Virus record (IMG/VR): IMGVR_UViG_3300042907_001325 | Location: 7,259 to 71,258 of that record | Length of the DNA stretch: 64,000 nt | Source: a virus | Reading direction: 5' to 3' (one strand) | Part shown: positions 38,212 through 48,526 of the stretch, in pieces | Position numbering within the stretch: the stretch's first letter is position 1 | Layout of the letters: the number at the start of each line of letters is the position of its first letter | Position numbers and translations under genes: made by a program | The notes under the pieces: generated by a model | The model's database searches: none | What the model saw: only the letters and a program-made list of their open reading frames with translations | Told to the model about the DNA's origin: nothing

Positions 38212-38412
38212 ATGACAAATGAGGAAAGAGTTGAAGAAAGATTAATACATGCGTACCAAAGAGGGTATTATGATAAAGTAATGTCTCAAATTAAAGACTT
38301 GGAGATGAGGAATCCTAGTGAGAATAGGTACCGACTATATGATATTGTTTGCGATAAATTAAAATCGGAATGGTTAAAAGAAAATAATGAATCCATTATA
38401 GAAAATACTTAA
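38212..38412 (+). CDS. Hypothetical protein
   Basis: 66-aa ORF. Confidence 0.55.
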   Translation: MTNEERVEERLIHAYQRGYYDKVMSQIKDLEMRNPSENRYRLYDIVCDKLKSEWLKENNESIIENT

Positions 38413-38417
38413 ATCTA

Positions 38418-39026
38418 TTAAGTAAAATTTACATATAACAACAAAAGTTTATCTGAGAATTTTCTAACATATTGATTAAATCGACCCATATCATCAAAAT
38501 CAATATCAATATCATTACTTTCAAGGTATTTTATAATTCCTGTGATTAATTCATTTTTAGATTCTTCCGCCATTTCTAAAACTTCTTGAAAAGATTCATT
38601 ATCTTCTTGGTTTTCTCCATAATATCGGTCAATCCATTCTCTACCCGAATATAAAAATGGTGGAGCTTGAAGCATATTAATTACACCAGACTTTTTTACT
38701 TTAAGTAAATAATCTCTAAAAAATCGCCAATTAAAATTTTCAAAAATTTCTGGATTATTTCCAAAAAAAGCATATTCGTTTTGTTCGGTGATTTGTGTTG
38801 TAGTGTCTTTAACCCAACTATCAGTGGCCGATAATAGACTTAAATTACTACCATTATCCCAATCAACAGCAATAATTTTACTATCTGGTTCAAAAGGGTC
38901 ACTCACAGTTCTTATAACAGTCCCTAATGTCATTGGGGGAACATCTGTTTCACCATCCATGTGAAGACACATAATTCTATCACCTTTAGATGTTGGAGGA
39001 TTTAATTCTCTTTTAATTTTACTCAT
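38418..39026 (-). CDS. Two-domain protein, DUF4314-like N-terminus
   Basis: GDRI...HM....VP..T.GTV...D....V.WDNGS.LSL...D; ITEQ junction; SGVINM second domain. Confidence 0.6.
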   Translation of the reverse strand: MSKIKRELNPPTSKGDRIMCLHMDGETDVPPMTLGTVIRTVSDPFEPDSKIIAVDWDNGSNLSLLSATDSWVKDTTTQITEQNEYAFFGNNPEIFENFNWRFFRDYLLKVKKSGVINMLQAPPFLYSGREWIDRYYGENQEDNESFQEVLEMAEESKNELITGIIKYLESNDIDIDFDDMGRFNQYVRKFSDKLLLLYVNFT

Positions 39027-39059
39027 AACAATAAATATCTTTAGTATATTTATAAATAT

Positions 39060-39689
39060 ATGGAATTTTTAATTACAGAATCTCAACTAAAACTAATTTT
39101 ACAAGAACAAGACCAATCTAAGATGAGTGATTACATGAAAGAAATGTACTCATACACTAAAAATCTTGTTGAAAAATCCAAAAAAATTTATGGGTTAAAT
39201 CTTAAATTACTTTTAACATGGGGAGCATCAATTGGTGGATTTGTATTACCATTAGATAATTTTATTAAAACAGGTAGATTTGAATTAAATGATGTTGAAC
39301 AAACATTAATCTTAATTGGTATTGCTTGTTCAATTTTCTACGATAATTCAAGAACATTAAAATTAATTTATAAAAAAATTAAAGAACATGGTCTTGAAGA
39401 TGTATTCAAAGAAGTTTTAGTTAAATCCAAAAATTTAAAAAGTTCGTTCTTAAGATTTTTATCTTCCGTCAATGTAACCGTAAGTTCAAGTTTAGATTTA
39501 CTAGCGTATTCATTTTTAATCCCAATTATTACCGATATTTTAGATGCGTCAGTAAATGGCGGTGATATTGAAATAATGTCAAAAACTATCGCAAAAAGAT
39601 TAATTGCTTCAGGAGTTGTAATTGTTAGTCAGGTATTTTTATCTGAAACAATCAAAAAGTTAATTAAAAAATTTAGTCGACAAACATAG
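39060..39689 (+). CDS. Membrane protein with MEFLITESQL leader
   Basis: Leader ends ILQEQ; hydrophobic helices. Confidence 0.65.
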   Translation: MEFLITESQLKLILQEQDQSKMSDYMKEMYSYTKNLVEKSKKIYGLNLKLLLTWGASIGGFVLPLDNFIKTGRFELNDVEQTLILIGIACSIFYDNSRTLKLIYKKIKEHGLEDVFKEVLVKSKNLKSSFLRFLSSVNVTVSSSLDLLAYSFLIPIITDILDASVNGGDIEIMSKTIAKRLIASGVVIVSQVFLSETIKKLIKKFSRQT

Positions 39690-40428
39690 AACTGTCAAAC
39701 CCTAAATTATTGTATTTGAGTTCAGATTCTTTACCATTAATTCTATCAAGATAATAATGAGCATTGTAATATACATTGGCGTCAAGATGTTCTATTTTAG
39801 TGGTAGGGTCTAAAACCATATAGATATTATCTATTATTTCATCTCGAAATTCATGATTATCTTGCAACATATCATTAAGTACTGTTGCAAATTTATCAAT
39901 TTCACTTGGATTAATGTTTAATTCTCCATCATTCACAATAACATTGGATACGTCATAATAAAAATAAAAATCAATCGATTCATAATGGTCGTAAAACTTT
40001 TTTGCCTTCTTCCATTTTAAACTACCACTAATTTTAATTAAGTCAACTATCTTATTTTTATAAACGTTACCATTGTTTATTGAGAAGTTTGACATATTCC
40101 CATTTAACGCATTTATAATTTCATTTTGGTCTTCTTTAGTAATATAAACCCCCATTTTAGGTACTGGTCTACCATCAACTAAAATTTTTTCATTATATGA
40201 TATTACCGAACCAAGATAAGTACTAAACCTATTAATAATGTGACTGATGTCTTGACTAAATTTTTCCACAACAAATGACTGCCCTTTTTTTGGTAAAACA
40301 ACGTTAACTACAGTGTCTATTGCCCAATCTTGATAAGGTTCTACAGATATAAATTGATATTCAAATCCATCCACGTTAAATGTTTCTGACATTAAAATTT
40401 TTTTAATAGTTTTAAAGTTATCAATCAT
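39673..40428 (-). CDS. Hypothetical protein
   Basis: 251-aa ORF coupled to upstream gene (TAATG overlap). Confidence 0.65.
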   Translation of the reverse strand: MIDNFKTIKKILMSETFNVDGFEYQFISVEPYQDWAIDTVVNVVLPKKGQSFVVEKFSQDISHIINRFSTYLGSVISYNEKILVDGRPVPKMGVYITKEDQNEIINALNGNMSNFSINNGNVYKNKIVDLIKISGSLKWKKAKKFYDHYESIDFYFYYDVSNVIVNDGELNINPSEIDKFATVLNDMLQDNHEFRDEIIDNIYMVLDPTTKIEHLDANVYYNAHYYLDRINGKESELKYNNLGFDSSMFVD

Positions 40429-41447
40429 TATTTTGACTTAAGTATTTGGTTTATAACAGTCTCCATGTTTTTTGGATTTAAATTATGTTTTGATTGGTTT
40501 TTATTAAACCAATTTCTTACAATATCCTCAAAAGGTTTTCTTTCTTTTTGTGCCCTCCTTTTAAATCCAATAATTTGTGACTCTAACTCATGAGATTGTG
40601 TGTAATATTTTAAAGATTTTTTTGGTTCTTTTTTTGGAAATTCATATCCCGAATCTTTTTGAATTAAGTGTTGTAATTCATGGGCGACTAATTCATTTAA
40701 TTCAAAATGAAGCTCCTCTAATGTTTCTCTGTCTAAATTTGGGTTTGACTCGATTATAATATCAATTGTGTCCTCATCTGGATAATATGCACCATCAACA
40801 TCAATTGTATCAATTTCATCATTTAATCTCATTGACAAATTAACAGTAAAACTTGATTTTAATTGTGGGAATTCATAAACCATATCCCCTCCACTAATTT
40901 CCTCAGGTAATTGATAATCACCTTCTTTTTGGTGTTTAAAAATTTTTAATATGTCTTTTACAACTTGTCGAATAACACTACTATATTTACCCTCATTAAG
41001 GAGACTTTCATTTATATTTTTTGTGTGATTGCCGCTAATTTTATTAATAATTCGAGTACAATCTACATAATTATTAATATTAAAATATTTCAAAAATTCA
41101 CGTAAAATACTATTCATGCTGTTTTTTATTTCATACAAAACAAAATATGTATTTTTATGTTCCCCTCTTTTAATCGAATAATCTTGGGTTTGTTCAATTT
41201 TAGAAAGATGATTTAAGATTATTTTTCCAGTAACATCTTGAGTTTTTTCTAACGATATTGTATATTCGATGACATCACTCCATTCACCAATAGTAATCAT
41301 AGGTTTGATATTAGTTACGTTAATTTTAACCTCAACATCAAAAGGATACGTAATATTAAATGAGTGCGAATTTAAAAATTTGTTAAGTCTTTCTATCGTT
41401 AAACTTAACTCAGGCTCTAAAGGTTCTTTAAAATTATTTATATCCAT
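40428..41447 (-). CDS. Two-domain protein with C-terminal HExxH zincin-like domain (start revised to 41447)
   Basis: AHELQH..Q...YY...HELE; INESLLNEG junction. Confidence 0.6.
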   Translation of the reverse strand: MDINNFKEPLEPELSLTIERLNKFLNSHSFNITYPFDVEVKINVTNIKPMITIGEWSDVIEYTISLEKTQDVTGKIILNHLSKIEQTQDYSIKRGEHKNTYFVLYEIKNSMNSILREFLKYFNINNYVDCTRIINKISGNHTKNINESLLNEGKYSSVIRQVVKDILKIFKHQKEGDYQLPEEISGGDMVYEFPQLKSSFTVNLSMRLNDEIDTIDVDGAYYPDEDTIDIIIESNPNLDRETLEELHFELNELVAHELQHLIQKDSGYEFPKKEPKKSLKYYTQSHELESQIIGFKRRAQKERKPFEDIVRNWFNKNQSKHNLNPKNMETVINQILKSK

Positions 41448-41461
41448 TATACATAAATACT

Positions 41462-41884
41462 TCAATATTGAATAGATAATCCAACCCCTAATCTAAATCC
41501 GTCCATATAATTTATTCCAACCGCAAAATCAATACCAGACTTATTTTTAGATATCATCCTAATTGGATAAATTTTAACCCAAATATCAGGAGTAATATCA
41601 ACATTATCAAAATAGGTTTTAAAATATATACCCCCCATGATACTAAAACTATTTTTTTTATTCACATACGTTAAACCAACTCTATTCACGATTGAAAGTG
41701 GAGTTGTATAAATATATGGTTGTGGAAAAGTCGTAAAAAAATATCCTCCAACATAAACCCCAACTTGTCTATAATTGTAAGAGGCCACCAAACTTTTTTG
41801 ACTTGGCACATATAAAATATCTGATTGTTGAGCCCTTACAATTACAGACACAAATAGTAATATTATTGTTATTGATTTTTTCAT
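41462..41884 (-). CDS. Secreted small beta-barrel-like outer-membrane protein (start revised to 41884)
   Basis: Signal peptide ...IVRAQQ; alternating beta strands ending LGVGLSIQY; TATCTTTG-N4-ATG. Confidence 0.55.
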   Translation of the reverse strand: MKKSITIILLFVSVIVRAQQSDILYVPSQKSLVASYNYRQVGVYVGGYFFTTFPQPYIYTTPLSIVNRVGLTYVNKKNSFSIMGGIYFKTYFDNVDITPDIWVKIYPIRMISKNKSGIDFAVGINYMDGFRLGVGLSIQY

Positions 41885-41958
41885 AAAACAAAGATACAAA
41901 AATAAGTTTGATGTTTAATTTTATTTTTACTATTATTTTAAATAAAAAATTATAAAAT

Positions 41959-42927
41959 ATGTCTAAAATCACGGAATTAAAAAAACAAAACCCATCATTA
42001 TCTTTTGATGGGGTAAACATTATAAATAAATTAATGGGTAAAAGTAAATATACCGAAATGATGATTGCTTTCATAAAGAATAGTAAACTTAATGAGTTAA
42101 ACATGTCTCGTAAATCGTGGGAAAATGAACTTAAAGATATGGGAGTAAACGATGATAATTTTATTAAAAGTTTGGATATTTTTGAGTTAAATCATCTAAT
42201 GTATTTTATTAATTCATATATTGGTTACAATAAATTGAAACTTATAAATAAATTTATTGAATTAAATGAAAAGAATTTAATTAAAAATAATGATTTAACA
42301 ACATATAAATCATTTGATGAGATAGAACTCCAAATTTCATTATCGGAACTAAAAACCATTGATAAAGAGTTTGAACGACAAATTAAAAAATTATATGAAA
42401 CTGATGAGTGGTTGGTATGTAAACCTTTATCATATCAATCATCGTTAAAATATGGAGCGTCAACAAAATGGTGTACGGCATCAAAAGACCAACCTGACTA
42501 TTATTTTAGATACAGTAAAAGAGGAATTTTAATTTATTCGATTAATAAAAAAACAGGTAATAAAATTGCCGGATTTAAAAGTCTTGATATTAGTTACGAA
42601 AATGAAACATCTTTTTGGGACATAAACGACCAGAGAATTGATTCTATGGATAGTGGATTACCCGATGATGTTTTAAATATTTTTAGAAATGAATTTTTAA
42701 ATACAAAACAATGTAACTGGGATATTTTAACTGACGAAGAACGAAATAAACAAGTTTTGTGGTTTGAAAATAACAAAAATAAACGAATGGAATTGTGTCA
42801 AGAAGGAGAAACCCAAGAATTAGGTGAGGCAGTTGGCAGATTGGGTGATGCAGTTGGTAGATTAATTCCATTTGATAGAACAACAACTAATGGTCCTCAG
42901 TTTTCAGAGCCAACCATAGCAAATTAA
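41959..42927 (+). CDS. SCxYGxxTxWC family paralog 3, no xxE leader
   Basis: KKLYE..EWLV.KPL...SSLKYGASTKWCTA...YF..Y...G.L.Y.INKKT..KIA. Confidence 0.75.
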   Translation: MSKITELKKQNPSLSFDGVNIINKLMGKSKYTEMMIAFIKNSKLNELNMSRKSWENELKDMGVNDDNFIKSLDIFELNHLMYFINSYIGYNKLKLINKFIELNEKNLIKNNDLTTYKSFDEIELQISLSELKTIDKEFERQIKKLYETDEWLVCKPLSYQSSLKYGASTKWCTASKDQPDYYFRYSKRGILIYSINKKTGNKIAGFKSLDISYENETSFWDINDQRIDSMDSGLPDDVLNIFRNEFLNTKQCNWDILTDEERNKQVLWFENNKNKRMELCQEGETQELGEAVGRLGDAVGRLIPFDRTTTNGPQFSEPTIAN

Positions 42928-42958
42928 TTAATTTTATCTATTTATATTAAAGATTATT

Positions 42959-43378
42959 ATGAATGAATTAGAACCATTAATATATGATAGTGAATTTTTA
43001 CCAAACGTACAAATTGCAATTGTTGTAGATGAACATCCACAATATAAAGACCTAAAACCATTATTTGATGAGTATGGATATGGATTTGTTGTACCTGGTA
43101 AAAATTTAATTATTATTGATGGAGAACAATTTATAGATAATTTTAATTCAGATGTTTTAAAATTTGTCGAAGCTCATGAAGTGTCTCACATTATTATGGG
43201 TCATGACGGACCAAGAAGTGATGAAGATGAATTGGATGCAGATTTAGGGGCGTACATTTTATTAAAACAATCAGATAAAACAGATTCAATAAAAACCTTA
43301 TTAAAAAATTTTAAAAATAGACACGGTATAAAATTTAACGAAAATTTACTAGAAAAAGTAAAAAAATATTTTATTTAA
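42959..43378 (+). CDS. Small HExxH metallopeptidase-like protein
   Basis: AHEVSH...GH......E.DAD. Confidence 0.65.
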   Translation: MNELEPLIYDSEFLPNVQIAIVVDEHPQYKDLKPLFDEYGYGFVVPGKNLIIIDGEQFIDNFNSDVLKFVEAHEVSHIIMGHDGPRSDEDELDADLGAYILLKQSDKTDSIKTLLKNFKNRHGIKFNENLLEKVKKYFI

Positions 43379-43443
43379 AAGACTTATTAATTTATTTTGA
43401 CGAATCTTATTTTTTTTGTTATATTTGTAATAAAAATAAAATT

Positions 43444-43665
43444 ATGGGAGCAATTAGTAATCATTACGGGGACATTTCAAATTGGATTGGAAAGACCATC
43501 AAATCTTGTAAAACACAAGAACAAACATTTGCGGTAGATAAACTAATAAAAAATTTTCAAAATAAACTTATTAGTAAATCTCCATCAGATTATTGTCCAA
43601 ACCAATACTATGACATTATCAAACCGTTAAAAGCACAATTGGAGTGTAAACGCGAAAATTTGTAA
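43444..43665 (+). CDS. Hypothetical protein
   Basis: 73 aa; TATATTTG upstream; I.SC.T..Q motif also in the 52500 gene. Confidence 0.6.
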   Translation: MGAISNHYGDISNWIGKTIKSCKTQEQTFAVDKLIKNFQNKLISKSPSDYCPNQYYDIIKPLKAQLECKRENL

Positions 43666-43698
43666 AAATTTACTGTTTTTTTAGTATTTATATACTAT

Positions 43699-44340
43699 AT
43701 GGAAAATAACAGTCAATTCTCAAGATTACCAAAAAAACAACTATTATTAATTGTTGAAAAATTATTGGATGAAGGGTTTTCCTCCGAAAATCCTTATGAT
43801 GGAGATTTTGAAGAGTATTATAAAAAGTTAACAAGTATTAGTAAGTACTTTAATATTCGTGCGGTTCATGAAGATGTTGAGTTCATCTCAAAATTTATCC
43901 AAATAAACGACCGTATGCTTCCAGATATCTTTGAAAATGGTACTACTTCTGTATACTACAACAGTCTTGTAATCCCAAGTTTAAAGACATACGAATTACG
44001 TTACAGTGTTTGGGGTTCATGTACTTATGATGATTATATGAGTCAAAAAATAGATTCTTACGATATTGATTGGGTTAAAGATTCGGCCTATCAAATGATG
44101 AATGATGGTAATTGGGATTTATATGACGGTAATAATATAAGGGATACTGAGTACGATAATTATGATGACTCAGAGTTCTCTTTTGATAAAGTTGTACTCT
44201 ATGAGGATAAAAATGTAATTGATGAATCATTCTCTAATAGAACATTAATTGAACATACGAGAAAATCAATTTTATCCTTGGACCGAAAAAACCTTTTAAG
44301 ATTAAAATCAATGATTAACTCAAGACTTAAGTCTTTGTAA
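43699..44340 (+). CDS. Hypothetical protein, probable paralog of 60936-61439
   Basis: SRLPKKQLLLI vs SNLPDKLLVRLI; YF.I; P.LK; SY...; DG/EG...D.EY/VYD. Confidence 0.65.
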   Translation: MENNSQFSRLPKKQLLLIVEKLLDEGFSSENPYDGDFEEYYKKLTSISKYFNIRAVHEDVEFISKFIQINDRMLPDIFENGTTSVYYNSLVIPSLKTYELRYSVWGSCTYDDYMSQKIDSYDIDWVKDSAYQMMNDGNWDLYDGNNIRDTEYDNYDDSEFSFDKVVLYEDKNVIDESFSNRTLIEHTRKSILSLDRKNLLRLKSMINSRLKSL

Positions 44341-44541
44341 TTTTTTTGGGTTACTGTTATTAACTAAATCACCTAAAGTTTTCTTTTTTGTGTCCGGAAT
44401 TTCAAATCCTTTTTTCCACTTGTGTTCTACAGATATAGGCCCTGACTTAGTTTTAGAATAGTCGTATTTCCAAATAGACTGACAGTATTCGTCTTCATAT
44501 ATTCTTTCAAATTTAGTTTGTTTTTCTATTTTTTGTGACAT
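44320..44541 (-). CDS. Hypothetical protein
   Basis: 73 aa, WKYD...GPISVE; CATCTTTG-N4-ATG. Confidence 0.6.
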   Translation of the reverse strand: MSQKIEKQTKFERIYEDEYCQSIWKYDYSKTKSGPISVEHKWKKGFEIPDTKKKTLGDLVNNSNPKKLQRLKS

Positions 44542-44558
44542 AATACAAAGATGTGAAA

Positions 44559-45593
44559 TTATTTTGGATTATCTAAACTTTTATAATATTCATCCTCAGC
44601 CTCATAATCGGAACGACAAAATCCTGACTGTGACTCTTTATTTGGAGTTCCGTGAACATTTAAAAATGTAATTTCATCTAATTCTGTAGTTTTACATTGT
44701 TTTTTTAATTTAACCAAAGTTTCACCATTATAAACTCGAATATTCCAAAATTTTGATTCATTAGAAACACACCAATTTTCACACATATGTTTTCGATAAC
44801 CCTTAGAATCTTCACATGCTCCCACGGATTTTTTAATTTGTACGGGAATCCATTTATTTTCAGGATTTTTGACAACCATATCAATTCCAATCATATCCAT
44901 AAATGAATAATCCCCAGAATATGTGATAACATTAGACCCACCTAATTGTTCTGTAATATAGTCATAAAACTTATCTTCAATTTCTTGACCGTCTTTTGTT
45001 TTTTGGGATATTGTTTGATTAATTTTATTTCTAATTTCTTGTTTGTTTGTTGTCTCGATTTTACCCATAAAATTTTCAAATGGGGTAATGCCATCATTAT
45101 TTTTATAATCAAAAAAATATTTTAAAGAATCTTCAAAAGAGACTGAGGTTTTATATTTTTCAGGTAATTCTACTGTTATCATATAAGCCGCAGCACTATA
45201 ATTAGTGTTTAATTTGTTTAATAAATCATATTGTTGTTTCTCATCCCAAATAACAAACTTTTCAGTAAATTTGGTCATCGCCTCTATTATATAACTTCTT
45301 AATTTTGGACAAGACAATTTAAACTTTCCAAGTGCGTCAATCACCATGTCTCTTCTTTCTGAAAAAAACTCTATTCCTTTATCATATTTAACCGCCCTTA
45401 CACCGGTCTCGTAGGTTGAAAGGTATTCTTTCTTATAATCTTCTAAAGCTTTGCTAACTTTTCGAGTATTTTTCATTAATTTATTTTCGGCAAATTTACA
45501 CCATCGGTAATCATTGGTATTTTTCTCAAAAAAATCACACCCTACTAATGTTTTCTTTGATTCATTTAAAATTTTTTTAATTAAATCTCTCAT
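44559..45593 (-). CDS. Protein with MRDLIKKILNE leader and PD-(D/E)xK-like C-terminal domain
   Basis: G..IE...., DMIGIDMVV....W.PVQIK. Confidence 0.5.
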   Translation of the reverse strand: MRDLIKKILNESKKTLVGCDFFEKNTNDYRWCKFAENKLMKNTRKVSKALEDYKKEYLSTYETGVRAVKYDKGIEFFSERRDMVIDALGKFKLSCPKLRSYIIEAMTKFTEKFVIWDEKQQYDLLNKLNTNYSAAAYMITVELPEKYKTSVSFEDSLKYFFDYKNNDGITPFENFMGKIETTNKQEIRNKINQTISQKTKDGQEIEDKFYDYITEQLGGSNVITYSGDYSFMDMIGIDMVVKNPENKWIPVQIKKSVGACEDSKGYRKHMCENWCVSNESKFWNIRVYNGETLVKLKKQCKTTELDEITFLNVHGTPNKESQSGFCRSDYEAEDEYYKSLDNPK

Positions 45594-45620
45594 ATCTCTA
45601 AATACAATTATAATATTGTA

Positions 45621-45890
45621 TTATGTATTTTTTTTTTCTTTTTGTATTTGACTTACAATGTATCCAGATATTGCAAATTCAATACTAGCCCAAATTGCAA
45701 TATCTGTACTGTCCAGTTTATCTATATTAACCATTAAAAAATAAATCATACCAAATTGACCAACTAAAAATGCAACACCTGACTCAACTCGTTTTTTAGA
45801 GAAATAAGATATTTCAACGCTGTATAACTTTATTAGTTCTTTTATTAACCATTTAATATTTGACCATCCAAAAAACCATTTCTTTTCCAT
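45621..45890 (-). CDS. Two-TM membrane protein (holin-like)
   Basis: SKKRVESGVAF followed by two TM helices and a basic tail. Confidence 0.55.
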   Translation of the reverse strand: MEKKWFFGWSNIKWLIKELIKLYSVEISYFSKKRVESGVAFLVGQFGMIYFLMVNIDKLDSTDIAIWASIEFAISGYIVSQIQKEKKNT

Positions 45891-45973
45891 ATATCATTTA
45901 TTAGATAAATATATGAAAATAAAAAAGGAGAGATAATCTCTTAATTTTTAATTATTATAAAATATTTATAATA

Positions 45974-46061
45974 AAACAAGCCCCCCCAATTAATTTGGGG
46001 ATTTTAGGACCGTTACTGTTTCGGTAACAAATTAAAGAGGGATTCGCTACCCCTCTTTTTT
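45974..46061 (+). ncRNA. Candidate small RNA
   Basis: TATTTAT at 45963, two hairpins and a terminator, no ORF. Confidence 0.35.
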
Positions 46062-46117
46062 ATGTCAAGTTTAATTAACCTACATTTTTTGATAATTTTT
46101 ATTATATTATTATAATA

Positions 46118-46402
46118 ATGGATAATAAAAGAAGACTTTTTCGTTTAATTGAAGTGTACCTTAATGGATTTAAGGGTGACTTGGTGGAGTCAATTTATGG
46201 TAATAGGTCAATAATTAAAGTTCATACCGTAAATTTTGGAGTTTCAGATAATAGTGTGTTGGTTGAACTTGTCGTTATTTTGGGTGACGTTATAAATGAA
46301 GAAATTTTGGACACTTCATTAACGGAAATCTTAATTCAAGATGCTCTCGTTTATTTTTTTCCTGAAAAAACTATTAAAACAATTATAAGGTGGGATGTTT
46401 AA
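46118..46402 (+). CDS. Hypothetical protein
   Basis: 94-aa ORF. Confidence 0.6.
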   Translation: MDNKRRLFRLIEVYLNGFKGDLVESIYGNRSIIKVHTVNFGVSDNSVLVELVVILGDVINEEILDTSLTEILIQDALVYFFPEKTIKTIIRWDV

Positions 46403-47016
46403 TTTTGTCTATTTGATGACAAGTATCCTGCAACTCTTTCTGAACGTGTTTTAAAATATTCTATTTCACTATCGGTAAGTTGTTTAGGTTCTAAAAAATC
46501 AACACCAACTGACCCCATAAGTTTTGATGTTCCAAAGTCAAATAACCCAACAATATAACTTGATTTTGCACCTGTTGCCTCAGCACCTGCCTTTAAACCA
46601 TAAGTTGCAACTGTTTCATCCTCATAATTAGGAATTGCAATAAATTTTGTTGTTAACATTTCGGAAAAACATCTTGAGTATAAAGATATTGGAATATTTG
46701 TAAAAATGGTCGACACGGGTAAGACTCCTGCGGCGTCTACTTCATATACAACTGAAAATTTTTGCATTGACTTATTTGAATGTAAAAAATGTCCTCCGTT
46801 GTGAAATTGTGTTATCCAAACTCTATCGGCATCTAATTTTTTTAAAACTTCTTCTATTTCTGTTGTTATTTTTTCCGTAGAATAAAGTTCAATTTCTAAC
46901 TCATCTTTAGGTTTTGTTAATTTTTTTTTAACCCACAGTATTGCCACTGGTCCAAATAACGCTGTTATCAACGCCACTAACACACTTCCAAATATTTCCA
47001 TAAAATGTTGATTCAT
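46399..47016 (-). CDS. N-terminal TM plus GAF-like domain protein (T4 holin T-like architecture)
   Basis: Single TM; ADRVWITQFHNGG; GAKS.Y..., MGSVGVDF. Confidence 0.5.
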   Translation of the reverse strand: MNQHFMEIFGSVLVALITALFGPVAILWVKKKLTKPKDELEIELYSTEKITTEIEEVLKKLDADRVWITQFHNGGHFLHSNKSMQKFSVVYEVDAAGVLPVSTIFTNIPISLYSRCFSEMLTTKFIAIPNYEDETVATYGLKAGAEATGAKSSYIVGLFDFGTSKLMGSVGVDFLEPKQLTDSEIEYFKTRSERVAGYLSSNRQN

Positions 47017-47079
47017 CAATCCCTTTAACTTTTAAATAAATATGGTCAACAAAGAAAAAGAACAATGTATCCAATTTTT

Positions 47080-47460
47080 TTAATCTATTTTTGTCCATGT
47101 CATATCCGAATTTAACACCACAGAATAAACATGTTTTTTGTTCCATTCTGATGGACTAATGATTGATAATGAATACTTACCATCTGAATCCTCATATAAG
47201 TGATATATTTCACCTATAATCGGTTCAAATTTATATTTGGACTCGTATACCGTTTGAGTGATTAAAAACGATTTTTGAAGGGTTTCTGCTTGTTCTACAA
47301 TTTCTTTGTATCTTCGGTCAAAAACTTTAGTAACCTTATCAAGACCGTTTTTCTTGAATGTCGTTAAATCAACAGGTTTAATAGATGGAGCACTGGCGTT
47401 ACTACCGTATGGAAGTAATCCAGGTGTGTCCGCAATATTATCAGGTTTCTTATCCCACAT
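47080..47460 (-). CDS. DUF2452-like protein (probable start MWDKK)
   Basis: LPYGSN.SAP.IKP, FEPIIG.IYHLY, LS.ISP.EW, LNSD.TW. Confidence 0.7.
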   Translation of the reverse strand: MWDKKPDNIADTPGLLPYGSNASAPSIKPVDLTTFKKNGLDKVTKVFDRRYKEIVEQAETLQKSFLITQTVYESKYKFEPIIGEIYHLYEDSDGKYSLSIISPSEWNKKHVYSVVLNSDMTWTKID

Positions 47461-47523
47461 AAAAAAAAAATGTCCCACAATTGTGAGACATTAATTATAG
47501 ATATATTTTATATAAGAATCAAA

Positions 47524-48009
47524 TTATTGACCTTTAATCATTCCCATTCCATGTTTTAAGAATTCTTTTGCTCTTGGAGACACATGTTGCATCCTATAAA
47601 CCGATTCAATGTCTTTAACAAGTTCTTCCCCGTGTTCGTTTTCTTTGTAAAGTTCAATAATCTTGTCCATTGCTCCACCACACTCTTTTTTTGTTTCGTC
47701 AAAATAGTTGTAAGGTTTAAAACTTTTTAAATGGTTCATTACCTCACTTGCCAAATGTTCACCACCATCAGAGACTTTTGGGTGTAACCTAAGAGTTTTT
47801 AATAACTCTAATTTATCAACTAAACCGTTAACTCCGGTTGGTCTAATCTTCACACCTTGAATATAGTCTTGTGGTTCATCATGACCAACAATCTCCTCAA
47901 GAGATTTTACATTTCCACCGTGGCAGAATTTTCGGTCATCTTCTTCTCTTAAAACTCGTCTAACTAATCTTGTTAAATCTCTTTCTGTCAATCTTTGAAC
48001 TCTTCTCAT
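47524..48009 (-). CDS. RLTE-leader cassette protein
   Basis: MRRVQRLTERDLTRLVRRVLREE; TATTTAT before ATG. Confidence 0.75.
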   Translation of the reverse strand: MRRVQRLTERDLTRLVRRVLREEDDRKFCHGGNVKSLEEIVGHDEPQDYIQGVKIRPTGVNGLVDKLELLKTLRLHPKVSDGGEHLASEVMNHLKSFKPYNYFDETKKECGGAMDKIIELYKENEHGEELVKDIESVYRMQHVSPRAKEFLKHGMGMIKGQ

Positions 48010-48061
48010 ACAAATAAATATATTGATTTTGTTTATTATATGTAAATAGTCTTAAATTTGA

Positions 48062-48259
48062 TTAAAACAACTTTTGTGTGTCGGTATATAATTTTTTCAT
48101 ATTTGACTCAATTATATTAATTTGTCGTTGGTCTTCATCTGTAATTTCAAAATTTTTAGCTTTGATTAATCTAACTTGTTCTTCAAGTCTTTGGTATCTT
48201 AAAACCATATCATCATAAAGTCTAGCTTTTTCTTCTTGTGTTAAATGTTGTGCTCCCAT
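48062..48259 (-). CDS. Small coiled-coil protein
   Basis: 65-aa ORF. Confidence 0.6.
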   Translation of the reverse strand: MGAQHLTQEEKARLYDDMVLRYQRLEEQVRLIKAKNFEITDEDQRQINIIESNMKKLYTDTQKLF

Positions 48260-48297
48260 TGTTTTTTTTTTAAATGATAATTCTTATTTTAAGTATA

Positions 48298-48495
48298 TCA
48301 AGAGATTTTATTTTTTTTTTGGTCGTTCCAATCCATCCAAAATGCAAGAGCGACAATAATATTCATTCCAAATGATGCGAGTATTTCATAGATGTCCTTA
48401 TAAACATTCATTGTTATGTGAATGTGACCAACAATCCAAAATGGCATTGCCATATTTGACCCAATCCATCTTATCGCATAAATTATTAAAGGCAT
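48298..48495 (-). CDS. Small membrane protein
   Basis: Hydrophobic 65-aa ORF. Confidence 0.55.
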   Translation of the reverse strand: MPLIIYAIRWIGSNMAMPFWIVGHIHITMNVYKDIYEILASFGMNIIVALAFWMDWNDQKKNKIS

Positions 48496-48526
48496 TTATG
48501 GTAAGTTTAGTAAAAAGTTTTAATTG

